Origin: Squalus acanthias
Lineage: Eukaryota
Direction: 5' to 3'
DNA length: 64,000 nucleotides
NCBI GenBank assembly: GCA_030390025.1
Contig: CM059432.1
Coordinates: 118,422,001 to 118,486,000, forward strand
This document shows positions 1-11,919 of the stretch, in pieces. The position numbers and the translations under genes were made by a program. Position 1 is the first letter of the stretch, and each line of letters starts with the position of its first letter. The notes beneath the pieces were generated by a model. It had not been told where the DNA came from and ran no database searches. It worked only from the letters and a program-made list of their open reading frames with translations.

Positions 1-1717
1 GTACATTTTTTTATGGGGAAAGCAGTGTAATGTATTATCACATGGTTTATCACATGGTTTAGTATGAACATGCTCAGTTCGCTCTGGCCTAGTAAAGCAA
101 GCAAATGGATTAGCAACTCATCCTGTCTCTGTCCTTCATTTGTTCCACCCACATATATTACATACCTTTTCACCAGATTTTATTTATCAGGGTTATAGAA
201 CAAAAAAATATTGCCGGATAATTGGCCTACAGTTTGTTTTGCTCACTGATGAAACAGGCCTTTCACTGCCCTTGTTGTCAGCAGGGAATCTCCAATGTGT
301 CTTGATAAGAGCATGCAAGCTAATATTAGCCTGTTCTAATACTGCAGTGACTGCAACCAGCTATCCCAAAGAAGCCAATGATGACTTACAGCAATGGGAA
401 TTAATGTGAGTCCTTAACATTAGAACTAGCATGTCCTATGCGGACTTTTAATGAATTATTTTGAATGTTTTTGTCTGTTTACTGTGTTTCCTTCTGAAAT
501 TCAAGCAACAAGCCTTATCGTTCGGCACACCACTTATATTAGTGCCATTGGCTTCTACCCTGTTGTCTGGTGACCTTTTGTTTTATTCAGCTTGGGGAGA
601 TAGGTTTGCAGCAGTGCTCTGAACACTACTGAATGCAATTACACATTGATTTACACTGCACTTTATACATGGAAATATTGATGTAAAGTTTGTGAAATAG
701 TTAGGAAAATCTGATTAGCTTCACAGTTTCCAAAGGAACTTGTCTGCAGGTTGCTGGCTAGCCAACCTATGATGTGGGAGTTTAATTTGTATTTGTGCCC
801 TGTGGATTTGATGCCTGTGGATTTGACATGCTTCTATTCCCACTTTGTTCTTTTGTAACCCCATCTCTACAGTTAATGAGGCATTGGTGTCTCAGACTGA
901 GAAGCAGAGAGCTAACAGATTGGCATACCGTACTCATCTGGTTTGTACACTTTGAGTAATTACTACATTAGCCGTCTCCTGTACTGACACTTGTAGAGAA
1001 CACTGTGGGTTGTTGCTGTGGGACACTAAAACCAGACGGAGACAATTGCAGGGGTCACCAAGGCAAATCTGTTTGCCTCAAATAGAGTGCAATGCCATTC
1101 GCTAAATGTCTGATTTTATTCTCATGTAGAGGTTCGGTCCCTAAGATCAACTAAATTATCACAAACAGCTTTAGTATCCTTGTCAGGAGCCAGTAAAGGT
1201 AAAGATAGTTCACCAATGGCACCACATATTCACTCATGAGTGGAATCAGCCGATTATCTGTTCTGCCTCCCCCGCACAGCTAGTTATCCATCTATCCATT
1301 TAAAATATGGAGTTCATTTCCTCTTCCAGATGTGCAATTGACCTGTTCTGTCCCTTCCAGCCATCTCGTGGGGGTTTGTGCTCACTGGACTGGTCTTTTT
1401 CTCATCATGATGGCCTCTCTTTCACTTTGCCTCTGCTACTGCTTTAAGAGTTTCCAGCCTAATTTCTGAAGTCCCGGGGCTCTGTCTTCTCTCGTGGACC
1501 CAGTAACTGCTGTGCTTCACTCTGTCCCCTGTCTCAGACCGGATTAAAAAAAAAAAAAATTATCAGTGGGGAGCAGGGCTCGGCGTGGCAAAACAGCAGG
1601 AGGCTGGATGCAAGCATCCTTGGGCCTGTGAGTGGGAGCAAACCTGGAGTACTGGGGTGAGGAACAAGGGGATGGGGTGGCACCTGGGTCAGGAGCCGAA
1701 AAAGACTGAACACAATT

Positions 1718-3387
1718 TGTAGGGGGTGGTGGTTTGTGTCAGCTTTATCTCTGACCTCTGAGTGGTTTGAAACGCTCCCACTCCCTTGGTTCTGGACCGT
1801 GGACTTATTTGGGGTTTTGATACAAAGGTGCAGCAGACAACTGAGTTTGATGAAAGAACTTCAATCTTTACTGAAAGGTAAGACACAAATAATAACACTC
1901 TTATCACTCTAAAGGTGGGGTACACTTCGGTACAAGCGAGGGAAATGACAGTAGAACAACACTTCACCCCTCCCAACCCCACTTTACTAGCTAAGTTAGG
2001 TTTTGAAGGACCAGGGATAATGCTCACCAATCCTTTGACAGTTGGGCTAAATCGCGGTTTTGGGGTTCGCTGTTTATGGCGGATAGTGTCTGCCGTACCC
2101 CATACGCGGTAGAGAACTTCACCTGGGTCTCTGGTCAATCTTCGCGAGTCCGCTGATGCGGTAGGATGTCGTTATGGATTTATCTGGTGAGTACCCAATT
2201 TCTTTCGTTGAGCAGTAGGGCTTAGAGTCTTTGGGGAAAATCTTACCCAGGGGTAAGTCAGGAGTAGTTTGTAGTGTGGAAATTTTGCGATTCTTCGGGT
2301 TTTCTTCCCTGGAGTTGGTCTTTGTTGGTCGCGGTGGCCTGCTATTACCCGGTCAGTTGGGGGTAATGCGCGGTTGTTGGTTTCGTGAGGCTTTAGGCCT
2401 TGTTTAGTGTGTCGGTCGACCTCATGGAGCCGTCGGTGACTTGTTGCTGCTTGTTACTCCGGGTGACTGTGTTGGGGCCGTTGTTGGAGGTCCGTCGAGG
2501 TGGTGTCTTCGCGAGCTGGACTCAGGTGTGTCTGAGTGGTGAGCGATGCCGACTCGCTTCCAGCTTGGGCCTTCTTCTTCTTGGTCTCCTCCTTCTGATG
2601 ACCACCGGTTGCGACTGACTGCTCGACCCAACGACTTTCAAACTCTTGTAATTGCTTGGTGGGCCTTCAATTATACAAAATTGAAGTGGCCTTATCTACC
2701 CGCCAAATCTACTCAGTTCATTGTCTGGTTTTTGGCGGGCTCGTAAATCGGTAACGACTTACTAGCACGTTAACTGGGTTTTTAACAGGCCTTCAATCTC
2801 ACCCATTGAACATGGCTTTATCTACCTGCCAAATCTACTCAGTTCATTGTCTGAATTTTGGCAGGCCTGTTACCAGTAACTGCTCTGTAAGTGTCAAATG
2901 GGTTTTGGGATGGTTTGCATCTTGTCGATCTCCTTGGCTGATCACCGGTGATTGGTTTCATGTTTTGGGTTTCTAGGCTGGACTCAGTCTTTTCTATAGC
3001 CTAGTCCTGAGTGATTTGTATTATGCATGTTTTCTGATGGGCCCTGTAATCGGTTTGATGGGACCTGTTGTTTTGGGTGGGACTGTCTTCTCCTAGGGTC
3101 TATTGTCAAAATGTTAATGCTTGCTGGGGCTTGAGTAGGGTCATCCCGGTTCCCCAGACAGTCCAATTAACTGCAATAACCAAAACTGCTTTTACAGAGG
3201 TTGACCCACCGTCTCTCGCAGCCTTTTCTCCCTTTACAGGCCCAGACATAGTTTTAAAATGCCAAAACTTGGTTTTTGGTCCAACAGTCTATTATGTTAG
3301 ACCCAAATACAATATTATCACTCTGAGGTAGTTCCAAAGTCCTTTTTCCTTAGGTTTTGGGGATCTGCAAATTTTGGAAACCTTACA
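1718..3387 (-). mobile_element. Solo LTR (~1.67 kb) of an ERV or LTR retrotransposon
   Basis: Termini TGTAG...TTACA with a perfect 4-bp TSD AATT (1714-1717 / 3388-3391). No credible retroelement ORF. Orientation is inferred from end similarity to the LTR at 24093-25823. Confidence 0.75.
2662..2908. repeat. Two ~126-bp direct repeats with internal hairpins inside the solo LTR
   Basis: GGCCTTCAAT..TTATCTACC(C/T)GCCAAATCTACTCAGTTCATTGTCTG..TTTGGC(G/A)GG occurs at 2662 and 2788. Confidence 0.85.
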
Positions 3388-4086
3388 AATTTAAAATCAA
3401 GTTCAGGCTTTTCTCTCCCAAGAACTGCAACAAAACCCAGCAACAGCTTCCACCTGCAAAGAGGAAGTAAAATCATCTCAGGAAAAGTACATTATTATTC
3501 AATGAAAATTACTCGTAGCTTAATATTATAATTGTTACATATCTCTAATTTCATTTATGTGGGGAGGAACTCCTTTCTCTGTTTCATTGTCATTCTTCCT
3601 CTTTTTTTTCCCCCTGTTTTATTCTTCTCTAATCCAATTATTGGAACCGGAAATCAGATACCCAGTAACTAAAATTGTAAAGCACTCGACCCCAACCTTG
3701 CACCAAACTATGAGAAAAAAGTGACTGAGAGAAATGAGTTCAAGTCTGCAGTAATCTGTTTACAAACGTCAGCCTTTACCGAGGAAAAATTACATCAAAT
3801 AGTAAATTCCCTGTGGTGTTGTCCCCGGTTGGGTGATGAATGTAAATTTTTGTATCGGCAAGATGGTAACCAAAAATCATAACGGGAAGTTAGACAGGAA
3901 GTGTACGCACAACAAGATTTTTAATAATATGTAGATAGACACAATACAGAGACATACATGAGTGAATCTCCTGAGACATCGCTCACAGACTGAGAACAAG
4001 GGAGGTTTCGTGTCTGGTGAATCACACCACACAGTTTGCAGTGAGGTGAAGTCCAAACTGTGTAATACAACTGGCCTATTAGCAGC

Positions 4087-4205
4087 AAGGGTTTGACCCG
4101 AAATGTTCACTCTGTTTCTCTCTCCTCGATGCTGCCTGACCTGCTGAGTGTTTCCAGCATTTTCTGTTGTTAGTTCAGATTTTCAGCATCCGCAGTATTT
4201 TGCTA
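4087..4205 (+). mobile_element. Penelope-like terminal repeat (pLTR) relic
   Basis: GACCCGAAATGTTCACTCTGTTTCTCTC..GATGCTGCCTGACCTGCTGAG matches the reverse complement of the Penelope end at 37202-37270/38035-38067. Confidence 0.7.
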
Positions 4206-5137
4206 CTGTAGCAAGCTATATTGCTATTTCTGTCTTACAGCCTCAATACAATGGCCATCACAATGCAGCAGGGAGAAATAGATTTAAATACATTCCTTTA
4301 AGCAATGTAAATGACATGATTATATCACAAGACCACTGATTAAAATAGTAAGCCTCTTCAGGAATATCAATGGGGTTATTAATGGAAAAAGCCATAAACA
4401 AGATAGAGAATGTAGTTGCGGTAATACACGGAATCCCAACCCTAAATAATCACCATCTTAAATAACTACAGAATCAATGAGATATACCTTTGATTTAACA
4501 AGAGTAATGTACAGAAGTTAAATCTGTTTTGAAATGAACCTTTAAAAAAAATGTAGTTGATTTGATTAAATACGCAGAATCTAATGAATAATTGTGACTG
4601 TTCTTGAGTATGAGTAAACACACTAAGTGGGAAAAATTCGTCCCCTTAGCACCTCCCGTTAGCACCAGCAGATGGCGCTAACAGGACGCTAGAGCATTAT
4701 CGCCGGGGCGAGGCAAATCCAGCGCAGCACGCCAAATACCGCCCCCCCCACCCCCCGCAGCGCCGCTGCTAACAGTTATTGCCGGGAGCCTCAACGAGAG
4801 CCTCAACGGCAGCTGTGTCGTGATGTCAGTGAGTGTGCAACGCTCATTGAGCGCCCGATCTGTGAAATTGATTATCGCCACCTAACTTAGTGCCTAGAGT
4901 AAACAGCAACAGGTAGAGCTGGCATGAAGCACCAGTAAGCTGGCTCAAGGGACGTTATTTAAAGGGATCAACAGTACTGACTCGCAGCTGTCAGATTAGT
5001 GGAGTTTCAGTGGTTTCTTGTCAGTTTCACATAGTCTAACAGTTTAATTCAGTACTTTCAAGATTATTGTGTATCAGGAGTCTTGTGGCAACTAAAAAGT
5101 AGCTACATTTATTCGTAAAAAAATCAAACTGCTACAC

Positions 5138-5380
5138 ATGGTAACATTAATGGGGTTGAAATGGCAGCTGACCTCGCCCTCCAGGACCTACGACGGGGGG
5201 AGCATAGGCAGCAAGAATGACAGGACCATCAAGGCCTTACCCTCCAAGGGTATTCCAACAGCACTTCTTCGACCTGCAATGAAGCGAGGAGCAGTGTATT
5301 AGATGGCTCCACTTCACCAAGGAGGTGGTCACAGAACTCTGCCATCTCCTCCAAACAGACCTCCAGCTTCACACCAGGAT
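5138..5380 (+). pseudogene. N-terminal remnant of Harbinger transposase (H1)
   Basis: Translates as PYPPRVFQQHFFDLQ*SEEQCIRWLHFTKEVVTELCHLLQTDLQ, homologous to ORF 13859-14095. The catalytic region is deleted. Confidence 0.8.
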
Positions 5381-5569
5381 GACTTAAAGCCCACATTCCC
5401 TTTGCTCACCACAACCCCATCATTCCATTCCTCTCGCAGGCCGTTTCACACTGCAAAGCTGAAATGACAAACACCACAAAAGAATGGTAAATGAATTAAT
5501 AAATTTATCAAAGAGCAGTGAACACATATTTACAACAAAAATATTAACTATTCACCCTTGTGCAATCCC

Positions 5570-7427
5570 TTAGTGCCTCTCGTTACTGTGCCTTTGCCTG
5601 CTCTAGTGTTCCTACAAAATGTTGGCCCAGTGGCTGCAGCACGGTTGGTGGAAGGCTGCTGAGTGTCCATGCGGGAGAATTCAGAAGGCCTTGCAGAATG
5701 CGCTCAACCAGCTCTGGGCCTGGAAGGCCCGGCTGCAGACTGCACCACCTCAGCATGGGCGGCAGCAGTCTGGGCTAGCTGGATGACAGGCAGCGACAAG
5801 TGCAATGGCGGAGTGCCAGTGGTGGGAGCAGGAATGCTGTCATCCTGAGAGAGGACAGCAGATTCCTGCTTCACTGACCCACTGCCACTCCCCGGGGCAG
5901 CACCTCAGCATCCCTACCAATCTGCTGGAGCACAGATTGCTGGCCTGCTGCGACACCGTGAATGCCCTGGTTGACGGTGGTAGACCCAGCCACGATGGCA
6001 GCAGTCAGAGCTTGCATGGCATCAAGCTGAGACTGCATGAGAGCAGTCTGAGATTGGAGGCCACCAAGTACAGACTGCATTACAGCACTAAGATGTTGCG
6101 TCGCTTCTGCCTGTGCTGCAATAGAAGCTGCCAGATCGCCCATCACACGCGGCATCAGGTCTGGGTCACCACGGTCTCTCTGGGAGTCTACCATCCTCTG
6201 CAGACTGGAAATGATGGGCTCCATGGTGTGCCTTGTGCAATGTTGGAGACGGACTCCTCCACGCTCCTTATCTTTGCCGAGAGACTCTCGGGCACCCTTG
6301 CCATTGCACCTATCATCTCCGTGTGCATGCCCAACACACTTCTTCTAAAGGCCTCCCCATCTGAGTCCTGTGCAGCAGAACTCACGCGCGAACTCGATCT
6401 CCATGGAGCTGGCCCCTGAGCTACCCTTTCCCCCTGGCCTTGCTGCAGCCCACTCATTCCCGGTGCCTCACCCTATGCAGATCCTGCTACTAAACTAACC
6501 TCTAAAGAATGCTTAGTGCCAGTATCTGAGCTGGTGCCTGCGGATGAGACATGCAGTGACGCGGTGTGTTCTTCCTCTTCTCCCCCCTCGCTCTTTACAG
6601 TGACCTCTAGGACAGGCTGCTCAGGTGCTTGCTGATTATCTGAAAGCATAAAGGCACAAGAGTTGGGTTAATGTGAGGGGAGGGGGTCAGGAAGGGAGAA
6701 ATACATGCATACAGCATGATTAGATGGAAAGTGCAAAACGATTGCAGGGTGATGGGGAAGTGGGATATGTGAAGAAGGAGTAGGGATGAACATACCGTTG
6801 TTGTCCCCAGAGGGGTCAACGCGCCGGTGGCCACGGCGCCCACCACCTGGCGCCCAATAATCTCCAGCACTTGATTCTCCAGCACAGACAGTGGTTGGGT
6901 GTCGGCTTGTCCCCTGCCTGTGCGCTCCTGCTCCTTTCTGTTGTGAGCAACCTTGGCCTGCAAGAGAAAGGAAAGTGTGTGAGTGAATGTGGAGCAATGT
7001 GTTTGGGTGATGTGCCTGCCATAGTTGAATAGCTGGCGTTGTGTGCAAGGTGTGAGATGTGGGTGTGAGGGTTGGTAGGTGGAGATTGTTGGTGGGTGAG
7101 TGCTGGGGATCTGGTGCTTTGGGCAGTGTGTGAAGATTGTGGTATAGATGGTGGTATGTTGCATTTGTTGAAGCATTCACTCACCCTGGCCACCCGAGTG
7201 AGGTCGTTAAATTTCTTCCTGCACTGTGTGCGGATCCTGGGGACCACAATGCTGCCCGAGACGTGTGATGCTACCTCCCTCCACATGATGTGGAAGACTT
7301 GCGGCGTGGGCCTCCTGCCACTTGCCGGGTAGAGCACCGCCCTCTGTCTCTCCACAGCGAACACCAACGCCTCCAATGCTTGATCACAGAATCTGCGGAC
7401 TCTCTCCCTGGGGCGTGAATCTGCCAT
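5570..7427 (-). pseudogene. Spliced Myb/SANT-like (NAIF1/MSANTD-type) Harbinger accessory gene, disrupted
   Basis: Exon 1 is 7427-7185 (RFCDQALEALV..WREVASHVS..RIRTQCRKKFNDL, donor GTGAGT). Exon 2 is 6957-6796 (162 nt, vs 163 in H2, implying a frameshift). Exon 3 starts at 6639 and has an in-frame TAG and a further frameshift. Confidence 0.85.
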
Positions 7428-8164
7428 GAGTACAGCTGCTTCAGTCCTTCGGTTCCTTCTCCTTGTCCTGCTGCTTCTTGTTGAGGCAGCTACATAGCTA
7501 GCTATGCTGCGAATGAGGTCCTGCAGCATCAATGAACCTCCCCTTTAAGTACTGAAAAAAGCCTGTGGCAATCATGACTTGCGATTAGACTGCACCTGAT
7601 ATTGGTCCATCCTTTGAGTGTAATGCCAATGAGCTTGGGCTTTAAGACTTGAATTAGGACTCCAATCATTCTTTTGAGCAGTGAGCACAAATTTTGCATG
7701 CAGTCTAAAGCATTTGCGCCTGGTGCTAATTCTCCAACTTTTCTGCTGACACCGCCCATTCCTGGGCTTTAATGAATTTCTAGCCCTAAGCTTTAAAAAT
7801 ATTGGGGGAGAAATTCAGTATCGCCCCGTTTGTGGCGCAATTATCGGCAGGGGGCAAAGTTTAGCGCCTGGCGCAAATTATTGCCTCCGACTCCAAACTT
7901 GGCTTCTATCGCCCTTGGAGGTGATTGGAGCACTAAATCAGGCACTGCACACTTGTCTTAAGGCGCAAAGGCCAAGGAGCGAGGCGCTAACTCAGAGCGC
8001 GGGCGAAGCTCAGGTGATGTCAGTTAGCAATGGAACACAGACACACTGGCGCCGGCCAGTTCTTAAAGGGGAGGGTGGATCTTGATCTCCAGCCACACCC
8101 TGCTCATTGCAGGCTTGAATCTCGTCGTGGACAGACCTGTGCCTGAAATCTTCAGCTAAGGACT

Positions 8165-11100
8165 ATGGAGAGGGTTAGGGAACGAGCTCAGCGCTTCAGC
8201 GACCGGGCCTTGGAAGCTCTGGTTGGCACGGTGGAGCGCCGAAGAGCAATACTGTACCCTGAGACTGGCAGGAGGCCATTGCCGCGCGACTACAGAAGAG
8301 TGTGGAGGGAGGTGGCTCATCACGTCTCTTCCAGGAGCATGGTGTCCAGGACCCATACGCAATGTCGCAAAAAGTTCAATGACCTCACTCGGGTCGTCAG
8401 GGTGCGTGGCTGTTTTTCAATACCTCTCCATCCCTCCATCTCAACCTCACTCTATGGCCAGATGTAAAGTTTTGCAATTATAGCGATTCAAAATAACATA
8501 AGAGGAAGCAGATTTGTTTGATCAGTTTTATTAAACGAAATGCTGTCCTGATAATAAAGGACACAGAAGCCTGTAAAATGGCCACCGAGCATCGTGGCAG
8601 AAGCTTCCAGAAACACAGTGGGCAGACAAGATGGCGTCGAATATACATTCAGTATAAGATTGGATCATACTCGGTAAACATTGATAAAGACAGGATGCAA
8701 CCCGTTTGCATTTGGAACAATAGCAAAGATATAAGTGCTGGAATCGTTTTCCTATGCACAGTAAGGATCATTGTACTGGGCAATCGAAGGCCCATCCAGA
8801 CACATCAAAACACAAATACCCCCCCGGCTCTACAATGAGAGAGACATTGACGGGTGATTAAGTCGGTATTCGGGGGCCCCCAAAACCAGTCAGGGAGACG
8901 ATTCATACACATCCTGGCTGGTCCAACAATGGGGAAAACATTAACGGATAGTTGGCCAGTTTCAGGTGCTACCGAAACCCGTTAAAGAAGATAATCGCCC
9001 CATGCTGGGAGTTTTGAGCGCCAAATATTACACAAAGGACCACCATTAAGATTTGAGCGGGAGATAAGTGGACACAGCACTATAACTATAGAGAACAAAT
9101 GTCCATCGCTGGCTTGACTCGGGCTGAACTCTTATTCTCTTATCTCTCGGCGGACCCTTGCTGAAGCTCTTTCCTTGGGGCTGAACTTTGTGTTTCTCTG
9201 GACTTTGTTGACTCTTGACTCTTAGCCGCACTGGTCGGTTATTCAAGTGTTGGGTGGAGCTTAATCGGTACGAGCCGCCCCGACAAGGGCAAGTAACAGG
9301 GTACACCATCCCGAGTGTCGGTAAACGGTGTCTGGACCCGGAGGCCCGAGGAGAAGAAGACGAGAAGAAGACGAGAAGAAAATCCACATGCCGCCACGGT
9401 CAGTGAACCCCGACCGCGCCCGAAAATATAAATACAGGACTCTTCTTTGAGTTCTACCGACTACAACCTGTGTCGAGCACAGGAAGACTCTTCTTTGAAC
9501 TGTGTCCGAGTTCTGTCGAGTTCTTCATGACAACAGGGAGTCTGGCCTGCTTTTCGCAGCAGCGAAAGTAAACAAGTGGGGCGCAGAAACCCTTCCAAGC
9601 ACGTGACAGTCAGGCGCTGCAGCAAAACGAGCTGAGTGCCTCACTTTAAAAATCTCCGAAGTAACACGAGTGGTGAGCATGTTTTACGATCCTACAAATC
9701 TAGACGTAGTGTAGGTATTATTAAGGGAGGGTGGTTTTAATAAGGTTAAGATATAATGTGTTCCCCTTTCTACGATGTGCCGTGTGTTCTCCATTTCCAT
9801 AGACCAAGCTTTATGAATGTATGTATACTTGTACTATCTTTGATTTGCGCCTATGACATGTATTTCATGATTTTAGACGCCATGCAATAAAGATTTCCAT
9901 TTCGTACTATTCAACCGGGTCTATTTGAGTTTTGTCTGCATTACTGCTCCTTGCACCTAAGTCCAGTGTTAGAACCGTAAGGGCGAGTGGGTCGAACCAC
10001 TCACAGGTGCTTATTGCAATAAGGCTGGCCGGAGACCAGAGCAAGCAATAGTATTAGGCAACGAAGGCCTAACCTCGCACCAGCACCGTCTGAGACACGC
10101 CCCCTTACACAGAGGATCTTAAAACCCCAATGCCCAACACTCATCCAAGACCTATGGCCATCTCATAAAACACACAAGCACATTCCACACCTTGCATACA
10201 TTAAGGGCTATTCAACTGTGGGAGGCACATCAGGCAAGACCATGGCTGCATACATTAAGGGCCATTCAACTATGGAAGGCACATCAGACAAGACCATGGC
10301 TGCATATTTACTCAGACGCCGTCCTTTTTTTATGCAGGCCAAGCTATCTCACAACAGGAGACAGCAGCAACGGACGGGTGGAGGGCCGCCTCAGCTGCAA
10401 CCCCTCAGCGATCTTGAGGCGCGCGTCCACAGGATTGTGTCAAGCCAGGTGATCGGTCCCGTCGACCCTGGAGAGGCCGACTCCGTTCGGCACAGCAATG
10501 GTAAGATCATCAGCTTTCTCTCCTCTCTCATTCCACTTGTCCCTCACAACACCAGCCTTTTACACTTTCAATCCAACTTACTAAATCGCTCCAGTCCTTG
10601 CTCCCTTACTGCCCCCCTGTCCTCACGCTAAAGCCACTCTTGCACCTCCCTGCTTTCAGATGGTGATTCACCAGCTGAGGAGACGGGCCCTCAAGCAGCC
10701 AGTGGGAGTGAAGCCGCAGGCGAGGAGGAAGGGGAAGCCGGAGCCTCAGCGCCAGCGTCTCCTGAGGAAGCCCATGCCCACACTGGGACCACGTCTTCCC
10801 TGGAGGGGAGCAGAGGGGAAGGGTCTGATGTGCGTGAAGCTCCGGGACCCAGCGGGCTGCAGCAACATGATGGGGGTAGGGAAGCTCGGGGGCCTTCTCC
10901 CCGGAGGAAGAGCAGGCCAGCGAGTCCTGCTGCACGGGACGCAGAGGAGGAGCGGCTCATCGCTGAAATGAACACCCAGGCGGTGGACATGCACACTCAG
11001 CTCATGGGTGCAATGGGAAGGGTGCCCGAAAGCATTGATGGGCTGGCATGGAGTGTGAAGCACTACGCTGTAGCACTGGCGGATGCCACGCAAATGCTTA

Positions 11101-11636
11101 GTGCTACAATTCAGTCACTGGCTGCCGTGATCAAATCTCAGACTGCTCTCATTCAGTCTCAGATTGAGGCCATGCAAGCACTGACTGCTGCCATCATCGC
11201 TGGTTTGGCCACATTGCCCCGGGGCTCTCACCGCGCCGCAGCAGGCCAGCAATCTGTGCTCCAGCAGATTGCTCTGGATGCTGAGGTGCTGCCCCGTGGG
11301 AGTGCCAGTGTGTCGGTCGAGCAGGGAGGTGCTGTCCTCTCTCAGGATGACAGCATTCCTGCTGCCACCACTGTCACTTCCCCATTGCACTTGCCACCGC
11401 CTGTAGCCCAGACTGCTGCCGCCCATGCAGAGTTGGTGCAGTCTGCAGCCGGGGCCTCCAGACCCAGAACTGGTCGAGGCCGTCCTTCAAGGGCATCTGT
11501 AGTCTCAGGATCTGACATTCAGCAGCCTTCCACCAGCCTTGCTGCAGCCACTGGGGCCCCATTATGGAGGAGCAGTAGGGTGGGAAGGGGGGAAGTGCGC
11601 AAGGGAAGGAGATCACCCTCGAAGGGAAAAAAGTAG
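8165..11636 (+). CDS. Three-exon Myb/SANT-like DNA-binding protein of Harbinger H2 (458 aa predicted)
   Basis: Exons 8165-8401, 10338-10500 and 10660-11636 have GT-AG boundaries and matching phases (0, 1), giving 1377 nt with no internal stop. N-terminus RFSDRALEALV..WREVAHHVS..RTHTQCRKKFNDL..AKLSHNRRQQQRTGGGPP is typical of the NAIF1/MSANTD4-type Myb domain. Confidence 0.8.
8463..10109 (+). mobile_element. Solo LTR (1647 bp) in intron 1 of the H2 Myb gene
   Basis: TGTAA...TTACA termini, TSD CAGA, AATAAA near 9886. Homologous in reverse complement to 24093-25823. Confidence 0.85.
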
Positions 11637-11919
11637 GAGGTGTGACAAAATGTTGGGAATGTTTTTATTAAAAGCCGAGGTTCGTCTGATTACATTTGTT
11701 TAGTGTTTTGGCCATTATCTCCAGGTTGTGAGAACCATTTATGTTAATTAATGATTTTTTTGTGTTTGTTTCTATTAGTTTGTCATGAAGAAATGACACA
11801 CACAGAGTTTGTAAAATAAAAAAGTTGTTGTATTCAAAATGTACATGTTTGGCCTTTGGAATCATTGCTGCCTTGGCCGGCTATAGGGGTTGCGGGTTGC
11901 TTTCCATCATGTTGTTCTC

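Larger units (their letters stand above)
4627..7786. mobile_element. PIF/Harbinger transposon (element H1), defective
   Basis: Imperfect TIRs GTGGGAAAAATTC / GAATTTCTAGCCC, TSD TAA. Contains a convergent transposase remnant (+) and Myb/SANT pseudogene (-). Confidence 0.85.

Noticed and set aside
2594..2645. CTGATGA as a hammerhead core
   Set aside because: No stem II followed by GAAA downstream.
1689..3331. Short ORFs in the first LTR as retroviral accessory genes
   Set aside because: No recognisable motifs, and lengths are compatible with chance.
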